Shown one piece after another: positions 29,128 to 39,639 of a DNA stretch of 64,000 nt. Source of the DNA: Candidatus Latescibacterota bacterium (GTDB taxonomy: Bacteria > Latescibacterota > UBA2968 > UBA8231). Where the stretch lies: NCBI GenBank assembly GCA_963422735.1, contig OY730476.1:3200001-3264000 (forward strand). Reading direction: 5' to 3'. The notes beneath the pieces were generated by a model that did no database searches, was not told the origin of the DNA, and saw nothing but the letters and a program-made list of their open reading frames with translations. The translations under genes were made by a program, and so were the position numbers. Every line of letters starts with the position of its first letter. The first letter of the stretch is position 1.

Positions 29128-29172
29128 CGCGGGGGACTTGTGCTGCCGCGTCAACGCTCCATTACTTGCTTA

Positions 29173-29317
29173 GAAGCTGTCTGAAAATTCCTAGTGCCGC
29201 CCCTTGCGTTAAGGAAAAGATATAGGATCGAAAGCATCTCGCTAGATGAAAAACGCTCCACGCGAAGGCCGCTTGACGACTCTTGAGGCGACCCGACAGG
29301 GGTTTTTAGACAGCCTC
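29173..29317. mobile_element. 145-bp MITE with IS5-family (IS1031-like) ends and a TTA target duplication
   Basis: Terminal inverted repeats GAAGCTGTCTGAAAA / GAGGCTGTCTAAAAA (13/15). TTA at 29170-29172 and at 29318-29320. No transposase. Confidence 0.75.
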
Positions 29318-29377
29318 TTAGGCTCCTTTTGCGCGTTCTATATTGTATTATTGGCTTGGCTCAACCGGATACATCCC

Positions 29378-31684
29378 ATGCGCAACGCCTTCCTCGTGAG
29401 TGCCCTACTGCTCGCCGCGCCCCTCGCTGGCGACCAACTTCGCATCGCCACCTCGAACGACTGGCACCAATGGAAACTGCCCGGCGACGCCGTCGAAGTC
29501 GCACGCGGTACGCTCAAACCCTCCTTTGTTCGCCGCAATATCAACGCCATCGCCAACGCCTTTGACTTTGCCAGCGGCGGGATCCGCAAAGTGGGATCCA
29601 ACCCCGGCAACGCCCTCAAGCTCATCGATGGCGACCCAGCGACCTACTGGGCTCCCGATCCGAGCACCAGCGTAGAGGAATGGTGGATCGAAGTCGATCT
29701 GGGGCGCGTAGTATCGGCGCACAAAATCGAGCTCCACTTCGCCGCCGGCAGCACCCCGCTGGAGTTTTTCAGAGTCCTTACCTCCGACGGAGAGCCTTTC
29801 TTCAGCAATGCCAATTCCATTCTCCCCGGTACGCTGCGCTACAACAAGCGCTGGCGTTACAGCTTTAACCAAGCACACATCATTGAGATTGACTACCAGC
29901 TTCATCCGCTCAAGAATATCCGCATCGAGGCCGACCTGCCCACTGAGAATGTCCGCCTGAGCGAGGTGGTGGTCGAAAGCATCGGCGACAACCTTTCGCT
30001 GGGGATATGGGGGCGGAGGGGTAGCGTCGAAATTATCTCTGAGGCCACCTCTAAGTTGGGCCGCACCCTCATCGAGTCGAAAGGGATCAGCAATACTCTC
30101 GTCGATGGCGATATTACCACCTATTGGGGCACGGTGCATCGCGGCGGCTCAGGTACGCAACCCGAACAGCAGATCGGTCAGTTCGAAATAGACCTCGGTG
30201 CGCTGTACTGGGTGGACAGGGTGCGAATGCTCGGTGATCCCAGTGGCATCGCGCCTAAAGCGGCTTGTGGCGATTGTGGTCGGAAGCGTCAATTCAACTA
30301 CCTCTGGTACCAACTCTTCGCGTCGGACGGCTCCCGAGCACCGGATGGCTCGCTGAGTTGGGAGCTGTTGGGCGAATTGCCCTCGGACCGCCGCAATCTA
30401 ACGGAAATCCGCCATTTTCAGGAGCGCTTCCCGTTGCGCAAGGTGCGCCACGTGCGGCTGATCTTCCCGATGTCCGAGGGCTTCGAAGCCTTTAACGGCC
30501 GCATCGGCACCACGGCCGAGTGGCAGGTCTTTGGCGAGGGCTACCCGGCCGCAGTGAGGGCGCGTTCACCGATTTACGACCTTGGTTTTGTCCAGCATAT
30601 TGCGGAAATAGCTTGGGAGATCGACGCGCCACCGGGGACTCGCGTCGAAATCCGCAGTCGCACCGGCAACCTCCTCGACAATCAGTACACCTTCTACAAC
30701 AAAAACGGCAAGCAAGTCACCGAGAGGCAATACAATAAGCTGATCCCCAGCTTCAGGGGGGCTATTGACACCGTTCGCATTGCTGGGGCCGACTGGAGCA
30801 ACTGGAGCCGGGCCTACGCGACCTCCGGCCAGATATTCCTCTCGCCCGGCCCTCGGCGCTACGTGCAGTTGGAAATCCGCTTCCTCTCCGAAGATCCTTT
30901 CATCGCTGCGACCTTAGACGCTATCGTCCTCGAATTCAATAACCCGCTGGCCCAAGAGACGCACGCCGAAGTCTTTCCCATTGAGGTCTCCCCCGGCGAA
31001 ATGAGCCAGTTTACCTACTATCTTCGCTCCGACCTAGTCTCGTCCAGCCGTGGCTTTGATCAGATCCAACTCGCCTCCACCGCTGGGGCCACCTTCCGTG
31101 CGCTGCGCCTCGCCGGCGAGGCGGTCGCCGCCATGGTCGAGGAGACCGAAAATGGCTTCAAGATCATCCTCGCGGAGCCGGTGCGACGCTCGGCCCTCAT
31201 CGAAATCGACTTTGAGAGTACCCTCTATCTCAACCAGACTCGCTTCGAAGCCTTTCTCTTCAACAGCACCCTGTCAACTACGTTGCGTCAACAGGTTGAC
31301 CCCGGCGACGCCGAGGCCGCCATTGCCAGCGACCGGATCTTTGTCTCCTTGCCCACCGACGGGCGACTCTTTGCGGACCTGTCGCTATCGAACCGGGTCC
31401 TGACTCCCAATGGCGACGGGATCTCAGACCAGTTGCAAATTGACCTCGACCTGTTCAAAGTGCTCGATCCCCGACCGGTCATCATCGGCGTCTATAATTT
31501 GACTGGCCACCGCGTCGCCCTCATCAGCGACGCGGCCACCACGGCCGGTCGCCAGACCTATCAATGGGACGGACGCGACAGCCAAGGCCGCACTGTCGCG
31601 CCCGGGATCTACATCCTCCGCGTCACGGCTGAAGGCGACGCGCTTACCCGCAGCGAGAATCGCCTGATCTCGGTGGCTTATTGA
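29378..31684 (+). CDS. Secreted protein with discoidin-like repeats and a C-terminal FlgD-Ig-like domain (paralog 1)
   Basis: Signal peptide, LIDGDPATYW...EVDLG and LVDGDITTYW...EIDLG, SPGPRRYVQ, TPNGDGISD, WDGRD..G..VAPGIY; ends VAY. Confidence 0.8.
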   Translation: MRNAFLVSALLLAAPLAGDQLRIATSNDWHQWKLPGDAVEVARGTLKPSFVRRNINAIANAFDFASGGIRKVGSNPGNALKLIDGDPATYWAPDPSTSVEEWWIEVDLGRVVSAHKIELHFAAGSTPLEFFRVLTSDGEPFFSNANSILPGTLRYNKRWRYSFNQAHIIEIDYQLHPLKNIRIEADLPTENVRLSEVVVESIGDNLSLGIWGRRGSVEIISEATSKLGRTLIESKGISNTLVDGDITTYWGTVHRGGSGTQPEQQIGQFEIDLGALYWVDRVRMLGDPSGIAPKAACGDCGRKRQFNYLWYQLFASDGSRAPDGSLSWELLGELPSDRRNLTEIRHFQERFPLRKVRHVRLIFPMSEGFEAFNGRIGTTAEWQVFGEGYPAAVRARSPIYDLGFVQHIAEIAWEIDAPPGTRVEIRSRTGNLLDNQYTFYNKNGKQVTERQYNKLIPSFRGAIDTVRIAGADWSNWSRAYATSGQIFLSPGPRRYVQLEIRFLSEDPFIAATLDAIVLEFNNPLAQETHAEVFPIEVSPGEMSQFTYYLRSDLVSSSRGFDQIQLASTAGATFRALRLAGEAVAAMVEETENGFKIILAEPVRRSALIEIDFESTLYLNQTRFEAFLFNSTLSTTLRQQVDPGDAEAAIASDRIFVSLPTDGRLFADLSLSNRVLTPNGDGISDQLQIDLDLFKVLDPRPVIIGVYNLTGHRVALISDAATTAGRQTYQWDGRDSQGRTVAPGIYILRVTAEGDALTRSENRLISVAY

Positions 31685-31783
31685 TGGACAAGATCATCAC
31701 CGACCAATCGCAGCGTCGCTGTTTTCTGTTCCTCTCAGCAGCCCTCCGCTTATCAGGCGTGGTGAGGGGATGAGGAAGCGATA

Positions 31784-33070
31784 GTGCGGCCTCTGTCCGA
31801 GTCCTTCGGATTTCTCCGTGGCAATGTCCTCGTGCTCACCATGTCGGGAAGTCTAGGCATGTTCTCCCGGGCTATGGTATTCCCGTACGTCCCCCTCTAC
31901 ATCTTGGCCCTCGGCGGCGAGCCGGAGCAGATCGGGATAGTTTACGCCCTAGGGCCTCTCGGCGGGCTGATCGCGTTTCCGATCGCCGGCTATCTTGCCG
32001 ACCACATGAACAGGGCTTGGTTGATCGCGGCGGCCGGCTACTTCTCAGCAATAGCCGTGCTGGTGAACGCCGTAGCGCCGAGTTGGGAATGGGTGGCCGC
32101 GGCGATGCTGATGCGGGGCTTTGCCGTGTTCCACTTCCCGGCCTCATCGGCGCTCATCGCCGACTCCCTGTCCTCTGGGAACCGGGGTCGTGGGATGGCG
32201 ACGATGGCCGGTCTGACCGGGGGCTTGGCGCTGTTCGCCCCGTTTGTCGCCGGCGTAGCCATTGACGCTTGGGGAGTTGACGCGGGGATGCGGATCCTCT
32301 ACGTAGTGATGGGCTCGGCTTACGCCGCGGGAGCTACGATCAACCTGATCTTCATCCGCGAGACCCGAGAGCCACCAGCGGAAGCGGTGAGTGCCGCGAA
32401 CCTCGGACAGACGCTACGCCGTTCTTACACTGGTATCCCGGCGCTGCTGCGGGGTTTCCCGCGATCGCTGCGGGCCGTGTCAGTGGTGATCACTTTGTGT
32501 TTTATCGCCAACGGTGTGGCCAGCCCCTTCTGGGTGGTGTACGCGAAGACCCACATTGGGCTGACGGCTTCGCAGTGGGGGCTGATCTTGCTAGTAGAGT
32601 TTGGCTTGCGGAACCTGACTACGGTTCCCGCGGGGTTCCTCACCGACCGCTTTGGACGCACGCGGTTTCTCATCGCCGCTTTGCTGGTCTCCGCCGCGAC
32701 TCCACTGTATCTGTTGGCTGGCTCCTTTGGACTCGCGCTGGCGATCCGCTGTATCATCGCTGTGGCGGCGGCCTTTTTCAGCCCCGCTATGGGTGCCCTG
32801 CTAGCCGACACCGTGCCCAGCGCAATCCGCGGCCGCGTGATGGCCGCCATTGGCCGAGGATCCGTGTCGATCGGCAGTGCCTCTGGAGGGACGGGTGGCC
32901 CTGGGACCGGGTTCTTGACCACCCTACCACTGATGGCGGCGGCGCTCTGTGGTGGATTCCTCTACGCTTGGAGCCCGGCGACTCCGTTTCTCATCGTCTT
33001 TGGACTGACCATCGTCGCCTTGCTCGTGTTGGTCGCGTTCGTGCGGGATCCAAAAACGGCGGAGGCATAG
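31784..33070 (+). CDS. MFS transporter
   Basis: About 12 hydrophobic segments; motif A variants GYLADHMNR and GFLTDRFGR. Confidence 0.9.
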   Translation: MRPLSESFGFLRGNVLVLTMSGSLGMFSRAMVFPYVPLYILALGGEPEQIGIVYALGPLGGLIAFPIAGYLADHMNRAWLIAAAGYFSAIAVLVNAVAPSWEWVAAAMLMRGFAVFHFPASSALIADSLSSGNRGRGMATMAGLTGGLALFAPFVAGVAIDAWGVDAGMRILYVVMGSAYAAGATINLIFIRETREPPAEAVSAANLGQTLRRSYTGIPALLRGFPRSLRAVSVVITLCFIANGVASPFWVVYAKTHIGLTASQWGLILLVEFGLRNLTTVPAGFLTDRFGRTRFLIAALLVSAATPLYLLAGSFGLALAIRCIIAVAAAFFSPAMGALLADTVPSAIRGRVMAAIGRGSVSIGSASGGTGGPGTGFLTTLPLMAAALCGGFLYAWSPATPFLIVFGLTIVALLVLVAFVRDPKTAEA

Positions 33071-33196
33071 CTACTAGGTCGCGATTGACCCTTTGCAGGA
33101 GCGGGCGTACTATTCCCCGACCAACCCGTATTCCGCACGATCCGCACGAAATAGCTAGCAGGTGCCTGAGCAACTATGTCGAGGAAGGGAATCACT

Positions 33197-33718
33197 ATGT
33201 TTGAGCGGCCCGATTGGGACGAGTACTACATGCGCATCGCCATGGCCGTCCGGACGCGCGCCAACTGCACGGGCAACCGCATTGGGGCCATCTTGGTGCA
33301 GAACGACCGGATCATTTCGACCGGATACAACGGTACCCCTCACAATATGGTTAACTGCCTCGACGGCGGGTGCGACCGCTGTGCCCGCCGCGACCAATAC
33401 GCTTCGGGCAAGGACTACGATTTGTGCATCTGCGTCCACGCCGAGCAAAACGCGCTTTTGTCGGCGGCCCGCTTTGGGATCGCCACCGAAGGAGCGGTGC
33501 TGTATTCGACGATGCGGCCTTGTTTCGGCTGCGCCAAAGAAATCCTCCAAGCCAAGATACACGCGGTGTATTACCTACACGACTGGACCTATCCCGACCC
33601 CGAGCGGCAGACTAGCTACGAGGAACTGTTGTCGTTTGTACCCGGAGGAGTGCGGGCCGTGGCGATGGACGACCCGTACGCTGCTTGGGCTGTCTCCTCC
33701 TTGCGCCAAGACGAGTGA
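33197..33718 (+). CDS. dCMP deaminase family protein
   Basis: RPDWDEYYMRIA, ISTGYNG, HAEQNA and PCFGC motifs. Confidence 0.92.
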   Translation: MFERPDWDEYYMRIAMAVRTRANCTGNRIGAILVQNDRIISTGYNGTPHNMVNCLDGGCDRCARRDQYASGKDYDLCICVHAEQNALLSAARFGIATEGAVLYSTMRPCFGCAKEILQAKIHAVYYLHDWTYPDPERQTSYEELLSFVPGGVRAVAMDDPYAAWAVSSLRQDE

Positions 33719-33720
33719 CG

Positions 33721-35163
33721 ATGAGGAGTGCTGCCTGGGCCGCGTGGGCGGGCCTGATGGTGGTGGAGGCTGTCGGCGCAGATCCGGTCGCCGTGGTGCC
33801 GGCGGGCTACAAGCCAACGCTCGACGGCATATTGGTCGAGTGGGGGGCACCCGAGCGCATCGGCCTAGTCCCTGGGGGGAAGCGAGTGGGTGTGCGCGGA
33901 GCCTTTACCGGCTCAGCAGACCACGAGGCCGACCTTTACCTGATGTGGGACGCCGACTACGTGTACGTGGCGGCCGCAGTAGTTGACGATACTGTAGATG
34001 CCCAACAGATTCCTCCCGACAAAAGCGAATGGCGCGGCCCATCCGGGGAGCGCAAGGACGCGATGTTTTACTACGATCACCTGAAAATTTTTTTGCGCGG
34101 CCCAGAGCAGCCCTTGGGGCATACCATTTGGCTGAGCCCGACCGACGGTACGCCCTATCTGTGGGGGGGCATGCAGCGCGAGAAGCCTACAGAGCGCGTG
34201 CCCGTAGAGGCCGGAGGGGCGCTGCGCGATCAACTCTACACCTTTGAAGTGGGCATTCCCTGGCGCTGGTTGGGCCTCTATCCCCAGCCTGACATAGTGC
34301 TCGACGCACTCTTCCTGCTGCCAGATTCCGACCAGCCCACCGAGGCACTGCGCAATAAGGTGCGGCAGAGCAACAAGTGGATCTGGTGGCAGGGCAAGGT
34401 GCAGCTCAAGGGGCAGCCCCCCGGGTTGCGTCAGCCTCCCAAGGCGCAGGTCATTGCGGAGATCGCGGAGAAGACTCGGGAGATTACCGTGCCTAAAGTA
34501 GTGGCCCGGGAGGAACAGGACGGGCAGGGTTCGGTTGTAGTTGAGCAAGCCCTGGGCGAACAGGAAAGAATCATAGCTGAAGCGGACAGCGGAGATTCTG
34601 GCACAGTAACGGCCGAGAGAAGGTCACAAGAGACCGTGAAAACTGCGTCGGTGCCGGCGCTTAGGTCGCGGCTGCACAGGTCGTTGTTGGCGAAGAGGCA
34701 TCCGGCGCCGGATTGGGTGCGGGTGCTCAATGACGACGAGGGGGTGTCCCTAGGCCAAGTCGATTCTCTCTATCATAGACTGACCCACTCGCTGGCGCGC
34801 CTGAGCGCGGACCGCATTAATGCCCGCACTGACGGACTGGTCATGGACCTAGCTGAATATGCGGGGACTTGGCGGGCGCAGGCGCGGCATTTCTTGCAAA
34901 AACTGCTGGCCAAGACGCTTGCCGACCTAGAGCAGGGGCGGCTGCAGGAGCAGATTGCGAGAGCGGCCGCAAAGGTCGGCGTGGACAGCGACAAAGCCTC
35001 CCGCTTGGTGCAATCGCTCTGCCGCGAGACTCTAAAGATCTACGCCGAGGGCAAGGTCGCTCATTCCGAAACCCTAGTCGACAAAGCGCGGCGGCAAGCC
35101 AAACTCTCCGAGGGGCCGGCGCGTGACCTGCTGGCGGTGCTGGCGGCAGCTATACCCCGATAA
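33721..35163 (+). CDS. Secreted protein with an N-terminal CBM9-like sugar-binding domain and a helical C-terminus
   Basis: Signal peptide, PTLDGILVEW, LMWDADYVYVAA.V.DD and YTFEVGIPW motifs. Confidence 0.65.
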   Translation: MRSAAWAAWAGLMVVEAVGADPVAVVPAGYKPTLDGILVEWGAPERIGLVPGGKRVGVRGAFTGSADHEADLYLMWDADYVYVAAAVVDDTVDAQQIPPDKSEWRGPSGERKDAMFYYDHLKIFLRGPEQPLGHTIWLSPTDGTPYLWGGMQREKPTERVPVEAGGALRDQLYTFEVGIPWRWLGLYPQPDIVLDALFLLPDSDQPTEALRNKVRQSNKWIWWQGKVQLKGQPPGLRQPPKAQVIAEIAEKTREITVPKVVAREEQDGQGSVVVEQALGEQERIIAEADSGDSGTVTAERRSQETVKTASVPALRSRLHRSLLAKRHPAPDWVRVLNDDEGVSLGQVDSLYHRLTHSLARLSADRINARTDGLVMDLAEYAGTWRAQARHFLQKLLAKTLADLEQGRLQEQIARAAAKVGVDSDKASRLVQSLCRETLKIYAEGKVAHSETLVDKARRQAKLSEGPARDLLAVLAAAIPR

Positions 35164-35166
35164 ATT

Positions 35167-36216
35167 ATGCCCGTATTGTCCATCGAACACTTGCGCCAAG
35201 TCGGCGCAGCCATTTTCGCGGCAGCCGGCGCACCACCCGCGGCAGCCGATGTCGTCGCCAAGCTGCTAGCCGACGCCAATGCCGTGGGGCACGACTCACA
35301 CGGCGTCATCCGCATTCCTCAATACATAACCACCATCGAAAAGGGGGAGATCGTTCCCCACGCCGAAGTCGAAGTTGTGCGCCAGACCGCGGCCGCGGCC
35401 GTGCTCGACGGGCACTGGGGATTTGGCCAAGTGGTGATGAACCAAGCGGTGGAGACGGGCTTAGAGTGCGCTGGCAACTGCGGGGTCGCGGCCATAACCG
35501 TCAAAAACTCCAACCACATCGGTCGCCTTGGCAGCTATGTGGAGCGCGTCGCCGAGGCGAATATGATCGGCCTGTTGTGCGCCAACTCGCACGGCGGCGG
35601 TGCCAGCGTGGCTCCTTGGGGTGGCATAGCCGGGCGCTTGGGCACCAACCCGCTGGCGGCCGGCTGGCCCGACGGAGAAGGCGGAGCACTCGTGCTGGAC
35701 ATCACGACCAGCGTGGTGGCCGAGGGCAAGGTGCGGGTCAAGCGGAATCGCGGCGAGTCGGTTCCCGAGGGGTGGATCATCGACGCGGCTGGCCGACCAT
35801 CGACCGATGCCGCGGACTTTTACGACGAGCCGCGCGGCAGCCTCTTGCCCTTTGGCGGCCTCATGGGCCACAAGGGCTACGGACTCGGGGTGGTGGTGGA
35901 GCTGTTGGGCGGGGCGCTGAGTGGGGCGGGTTGTGCGCGGGGCCGGAAGGCGCGGATCGGCAACGGCTGCTTCCTACTGGTCATCGACATTGGGTGCTTT
36001 CAGCCGTTAGCCGAGTACGCGGCCCGAGTGCGGGCGTACGCGGCCTATCTACGGGCCTCGCCCAAGGCCGCGGGCGTCGCCGCCGTTTTGCTGCCGGGAG
36101 AGTTGGAAAAGCGCGAGCGACAGCGGCGACAGTCCGGCGTGGTCGTCGAGGAAGAAACTTGGCGACAAATCCTAGATTGCTCACGCCGGGTCGGTGCTGC
36201 CCTACCAAGCGTTTAG
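35167..36216 (+). CDS. Ldh_2 family (malate/L-lactate/ureidoglycolate-type) dehydrogenase
   Basis: GHDSHG, NSNHIG, GTNP, LDITTS, HKGYGL and LPGE motifs. Confidence 0.92.
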   Translation: MPVLSIEHLRQVGAAIFAAAGAPPAAADVVAKLLADANAVGHDSHGVIRIPQYITTIEKGEIVPHAEVEVVRQTAAAAVLDGHWGFGQVVMNQAVETGLECAGNCGVAAITVKNSNHIGRLGSYVERVAEANMIGLLCANSHGGGASVAPWGGIAGRLGTNPLAAGWPDGEGGALVLDITTSVVAEGKVRVKRNRGESVPEGWIIDAAGRPSTDAADFYDEPRGSLLPFGGLMGHKGYGLGVVVELLGGALSGAGCARGRKARIGNGCFLLVIDIGCFQPLAEYAARVRAYAAYLRASPKAAGVAAVLLPGELEKRERQRRQSGVVVEEETWRQILDCSRRVGAALPSV

Positions 36217-36234
36217 CACAGGGAGCCTTAGTTA

Positions 36235-36859
<625 letters not shown>

Positions 36860-36860
<1 letters not shown>

Positions 36861-37539
36861 TGAGCATATCGCGCAGTATGTCGATTTCCCGATTGTTGAG
36901 CCCGCTATCGACGACATTGGTCTGGGTTTCGGCGATATACGTGGCCGAGACCACGCGGGCGAATTCGACAAAGCCCTTGATCCCCTGCTTGTCGTTGGGA
37001 TCCCGTATCACCAAGGCGCGATAGCGGCCGGTGTCCATAGCATAGACATCTAGTATCTCCAAGCCCATGTCGATTTTATGCTCGGACGTGCGGCTGATCC
37101 CCAAGTTCGCTATTAACCCAATGACCGGCTCCAGCGCCTCTTGGAGCGTTTGTGGGTTGATCTGTCCGACTTAGAGCATATTCGCTATGCTGGTCGAGCG
37201 AGCGATGATGGTGCGCGTGGAGAACGCCGCGGTAGCTTGCACCTGATCCATGCGGGCAGCGGCAGCGCGCACTTGGCGGCGGATCATCGGGCGTTTGCGT
37301 TGGGGGATCTTGCGCAGCTCCAGTGCCTTGGTCAGGCGCGGTTGGCGTTTGACGAATTTGGTGGTTAGCGGCCGGGGCACTTTTTCGGCCTGCTGCTGGA
37401 AGGGGTTGAGCACGACCAAGATCGCGTTCAGCAGTACGGCGATCCCCAGCGACAGCCAGAAAAACTTGCGCAGCGGGCTGAGCAGAGCATTGAGGTCCAA
37501 GCGAGCGGTGGTGTGCACAAAACGCGACGGTCGGTTCAT
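36860..37539 (-). pseudogene. Broken membrane-anchored protein (N-terminus resembles DUF4159-associated proteins)
   Basis: 122-aa ORF with one TM and KFVKRQPRLTKALELRK, then an in-frame stop, then a 106-aa continuation (MDTGRYRALVI.DP.DK) that collides with the ALS remnant. Confidence 0.5.
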
Positions 37540-37586
37540 AGGTCGTTATCCGGCCTGATTGATCCGCACGAGACGGCCCTGTGCTT

Positions 37587-37723
37587 GAGGTGGCCCGTTC
37601 AAATCGTACTGCCTTCGGGATTTTCCTAAGTAACTGACGGTAAGCACCTTAAGACCGCTTGCGGTTCATGTCCAAGCGGATTGAGCTCCCTCCCGGCCTC
37701 ATTTAAGTCCGCCGCGGCCCCTC
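37587..37723 (-). ncRNA. Putative c-di-GMP-I (GEMM)-like structured leader RNA, non-canonical
   Basis: Minus strand: GAGGGGC/GCCACCTC P1, GGCGGA/TCCGCT P2, and a P3 with GGTCTTAAG...TACGAT...CGG. Ends about 48 nt before the ATG at 37539. The ligand-binding junction deviates from consensus. Confidence 0.35.
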
Positions 37724-38214
37724 GGTCATGCCTGCGCTCCCCTTTGCGGAAGCAAGACCAGCAGGCCTCGACAACACCGGGCCGGTCCCATCGACTCACC
37801 GGACGCGCTGAGTCTGCATGTCACGCCTTCGAGGACATGACGACGGACGGGCGACCAGACGCTGCATCAGGGCCCGTAACGTCAAGAAGTAATATAGAAA
37901 GTGTATTGGAGGGAATCCGTTCGGCTTCTCTGCTCTAGACATCAAAGTCTATCACATGGGTGCAAAAGCTTGTCGATGGGCCGATACTCGATCGAGCCGA
38001 ATGGCTGCCGCATTGCAACCGCGGCGGCAGCCGAATCACACGGCCTTGCATGATGCTGAGTACCAAGCGGAACTATTCCGGCTCATCCGAGCGCAAGTGA
38101 TGGCCAAATAGCCGAATGTGCGAGTTTGGTGCCGCCCACTCGTAGCCCGGTTCGATATAGCCGACTTCAGCCGCTCATCTTGATCGCCGCGTTCTCTTTC
38201 CCTAGATTTTCATT

Positions 38215-38274
38215 CGACAATTGGACGCTCTCTTAACCGACAATTGGACGCTTCTCTAATCGACAAATGGACGC
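38215..38274 (+). repeat. Tandem 23-bp repeats (CGACAATTGGACGC core x3) overlapping the start codon
   Basis: Copies start at 38215, 38238 and 38261. The third copy contains the ATG at 38267. Confidence 0.9.
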
Positions 38275-39514
38275 CGACCGTTCCCTGTTTCCCCGCTCGC
38301 TGGCACCCGTCCTCCAAGAGGCTTTGGCCGACACGCCGGTGGTCTGTCTGCTTGGGCCGCGGCAAAGCGGAAAAACTACGCTCGTGCAGCAACTCGCGCC
38401 TGACCGTGCGTTCGTCAGCTTAGACGAGCACAACTACTACCAGACCGCCGGGGCTGACCCGGACGGTTTCGTCGCCAGCCTACCGGAGGCGGTGACCTTG
38501 GACGAAGTGCAACGGGTACCAGCCCTGCTCTCGGCCATCAAACGCGCCGTGGATCAGGACCGCCGTCCCGGGCGTTTCCTGCTGACCGGATCGGCCAATC
38601 TATTGCTGGTGCCGACCGTTACCGAATCTCTGGCGGGTCGGATGGAAATAGCGCAGTTGCACCCATTGACCGAATCAGAAAAAGCGCGCCAGCCCGGGTG
38701 CTTCCTCAGCGACCTGTTGAACGGCACGCTCAAACCGGGTATCCGGCCCGAGGCGGAGCCTGCCGGACCATCGCTGCCGGAGCGACTGGTAGCCGGCGGC
38801 TATCCCGAGCCGCTGACTCGCACACCTAGCCGAGCCCGGCAGTGGCACCGGCAGTATCTACTCAGCATTATCGAGCGGGATGTGCAAGACGTGGCGCGGG
38901 TAAGGGATGCCCATGAGTTGGCGCGTCTGCTGGAGCTGTTGGCCCTGCGCAGTGCCGAACTATTGAACACCTGCAATCTGGCCAACAGCCTCGGCCTGCA
39001 CCGGGCGACAGTAGATCACTACATCGCCGTGCTCGAACGGCTCTTTCTAGTGCGACGCCTGCCCGCGTGGCACCGCAACCCGGCCAAACGACTCGTCAAA
39101 ACACCGAAGGTCCATCTGCTCGATAGTGGGCTGGCGACGACCCTCGCCGACCTGACTGCGACCGATTGGCTCAACCATCGGGACCGTATGGGACATCTGT
39201 TGGAATCGTTCGCAGTGCAGCAACTCATGGCCCAAGCCACGTGGACAGAGCCGGATTTGCGTTTCTGGCACTATCGCGACAAGGATCAGGTGGAGGTCGA
39301 TGTAGTCCTTACTCGGGGCCGGAAGACTTGGGGTATTGAAGTCAAGGCCGCCGGTGCATTCACTCCCAAAGACGGGCAAGGGCTTATGCGGCTAGCCGAT
39401 CGCTGCGGCGAGGATTTCGAGTTTGGGGTGTTGCTCTACGCCGGTCGTGCCCGACTCCCGTTGGCCGACGAGCGCATACTAGCCGTGCCGCTGAGCGAAT
39501 TGTGGGAGCAGTAG
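38267..39514 (+). CDS. AAA_14 ATPase + DUF4143 (PD-(D/E)xK-like) protein
   Basis: GPRQSGKTT, LDEVQ, LLTGSA, ESLAGR, GGYP, KTPK..LLDSG and EVDVV....GIEVK motifs. Confidence 0.92.
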   Translation: MDADRSLFPRSLAPVLQEALADTPVVCLLGPRQSGKTTLVQQLAPDRAFVSLDEHNYYQTAGADPDGFVASLPEAVTLDEVQRVPALLSAIKRAVDQDRRPGRFLLTGSANLLLVPTVTESLAGRMEIAQLHPLTESEKARQPGCFLSDLLNGTLKPGIRPEAEPAGPSLPERLVAGGYPEPLTRTPSRARQWHRQYLLSIIERDVQDVARVRDAHELARLLELLALRSAELLNTCNLANSLGLHRATVDHYIAVLERLFLVRRLPAWHRNPAKRLVKTPKVHLLDSGLATTLADLTATDWLNHRDRMGHLLESFAVQQLMAQATWTEPDLRFWHYRDKDQVEVDVVLTRGRKTWGIEVKAAGAFTPKDGQGLMRLADRCGEDFEFGVLLYAGRARLPLADERILAVPLSELWEQ

Positions 39515-39639
39515 GGCGTGAACCTGCGGACTTTTGTACATTCTATGGGGCAGGAATCGGTGCGTGGCCGCCCGCTGCTTGGGCCGTGGTAGCTTGAGCA
39601 CGACGCTTGAGGTCGCTCCCCTGAGGAGATCGAGAACCG

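Noticed and set aside
33197-33718. Anti-phage dCTP deaminase
   Set aside because: Short single-domain housekeeping-type dCMP deaminase, without the N-terminal kinase-like domain and outside a defence context.
38215-38274. Possible mini-CRISPR array
   Set aside because: The units are directly tandem with only about 9 similar bases between cores. There are no unique spacers and no cas genes.
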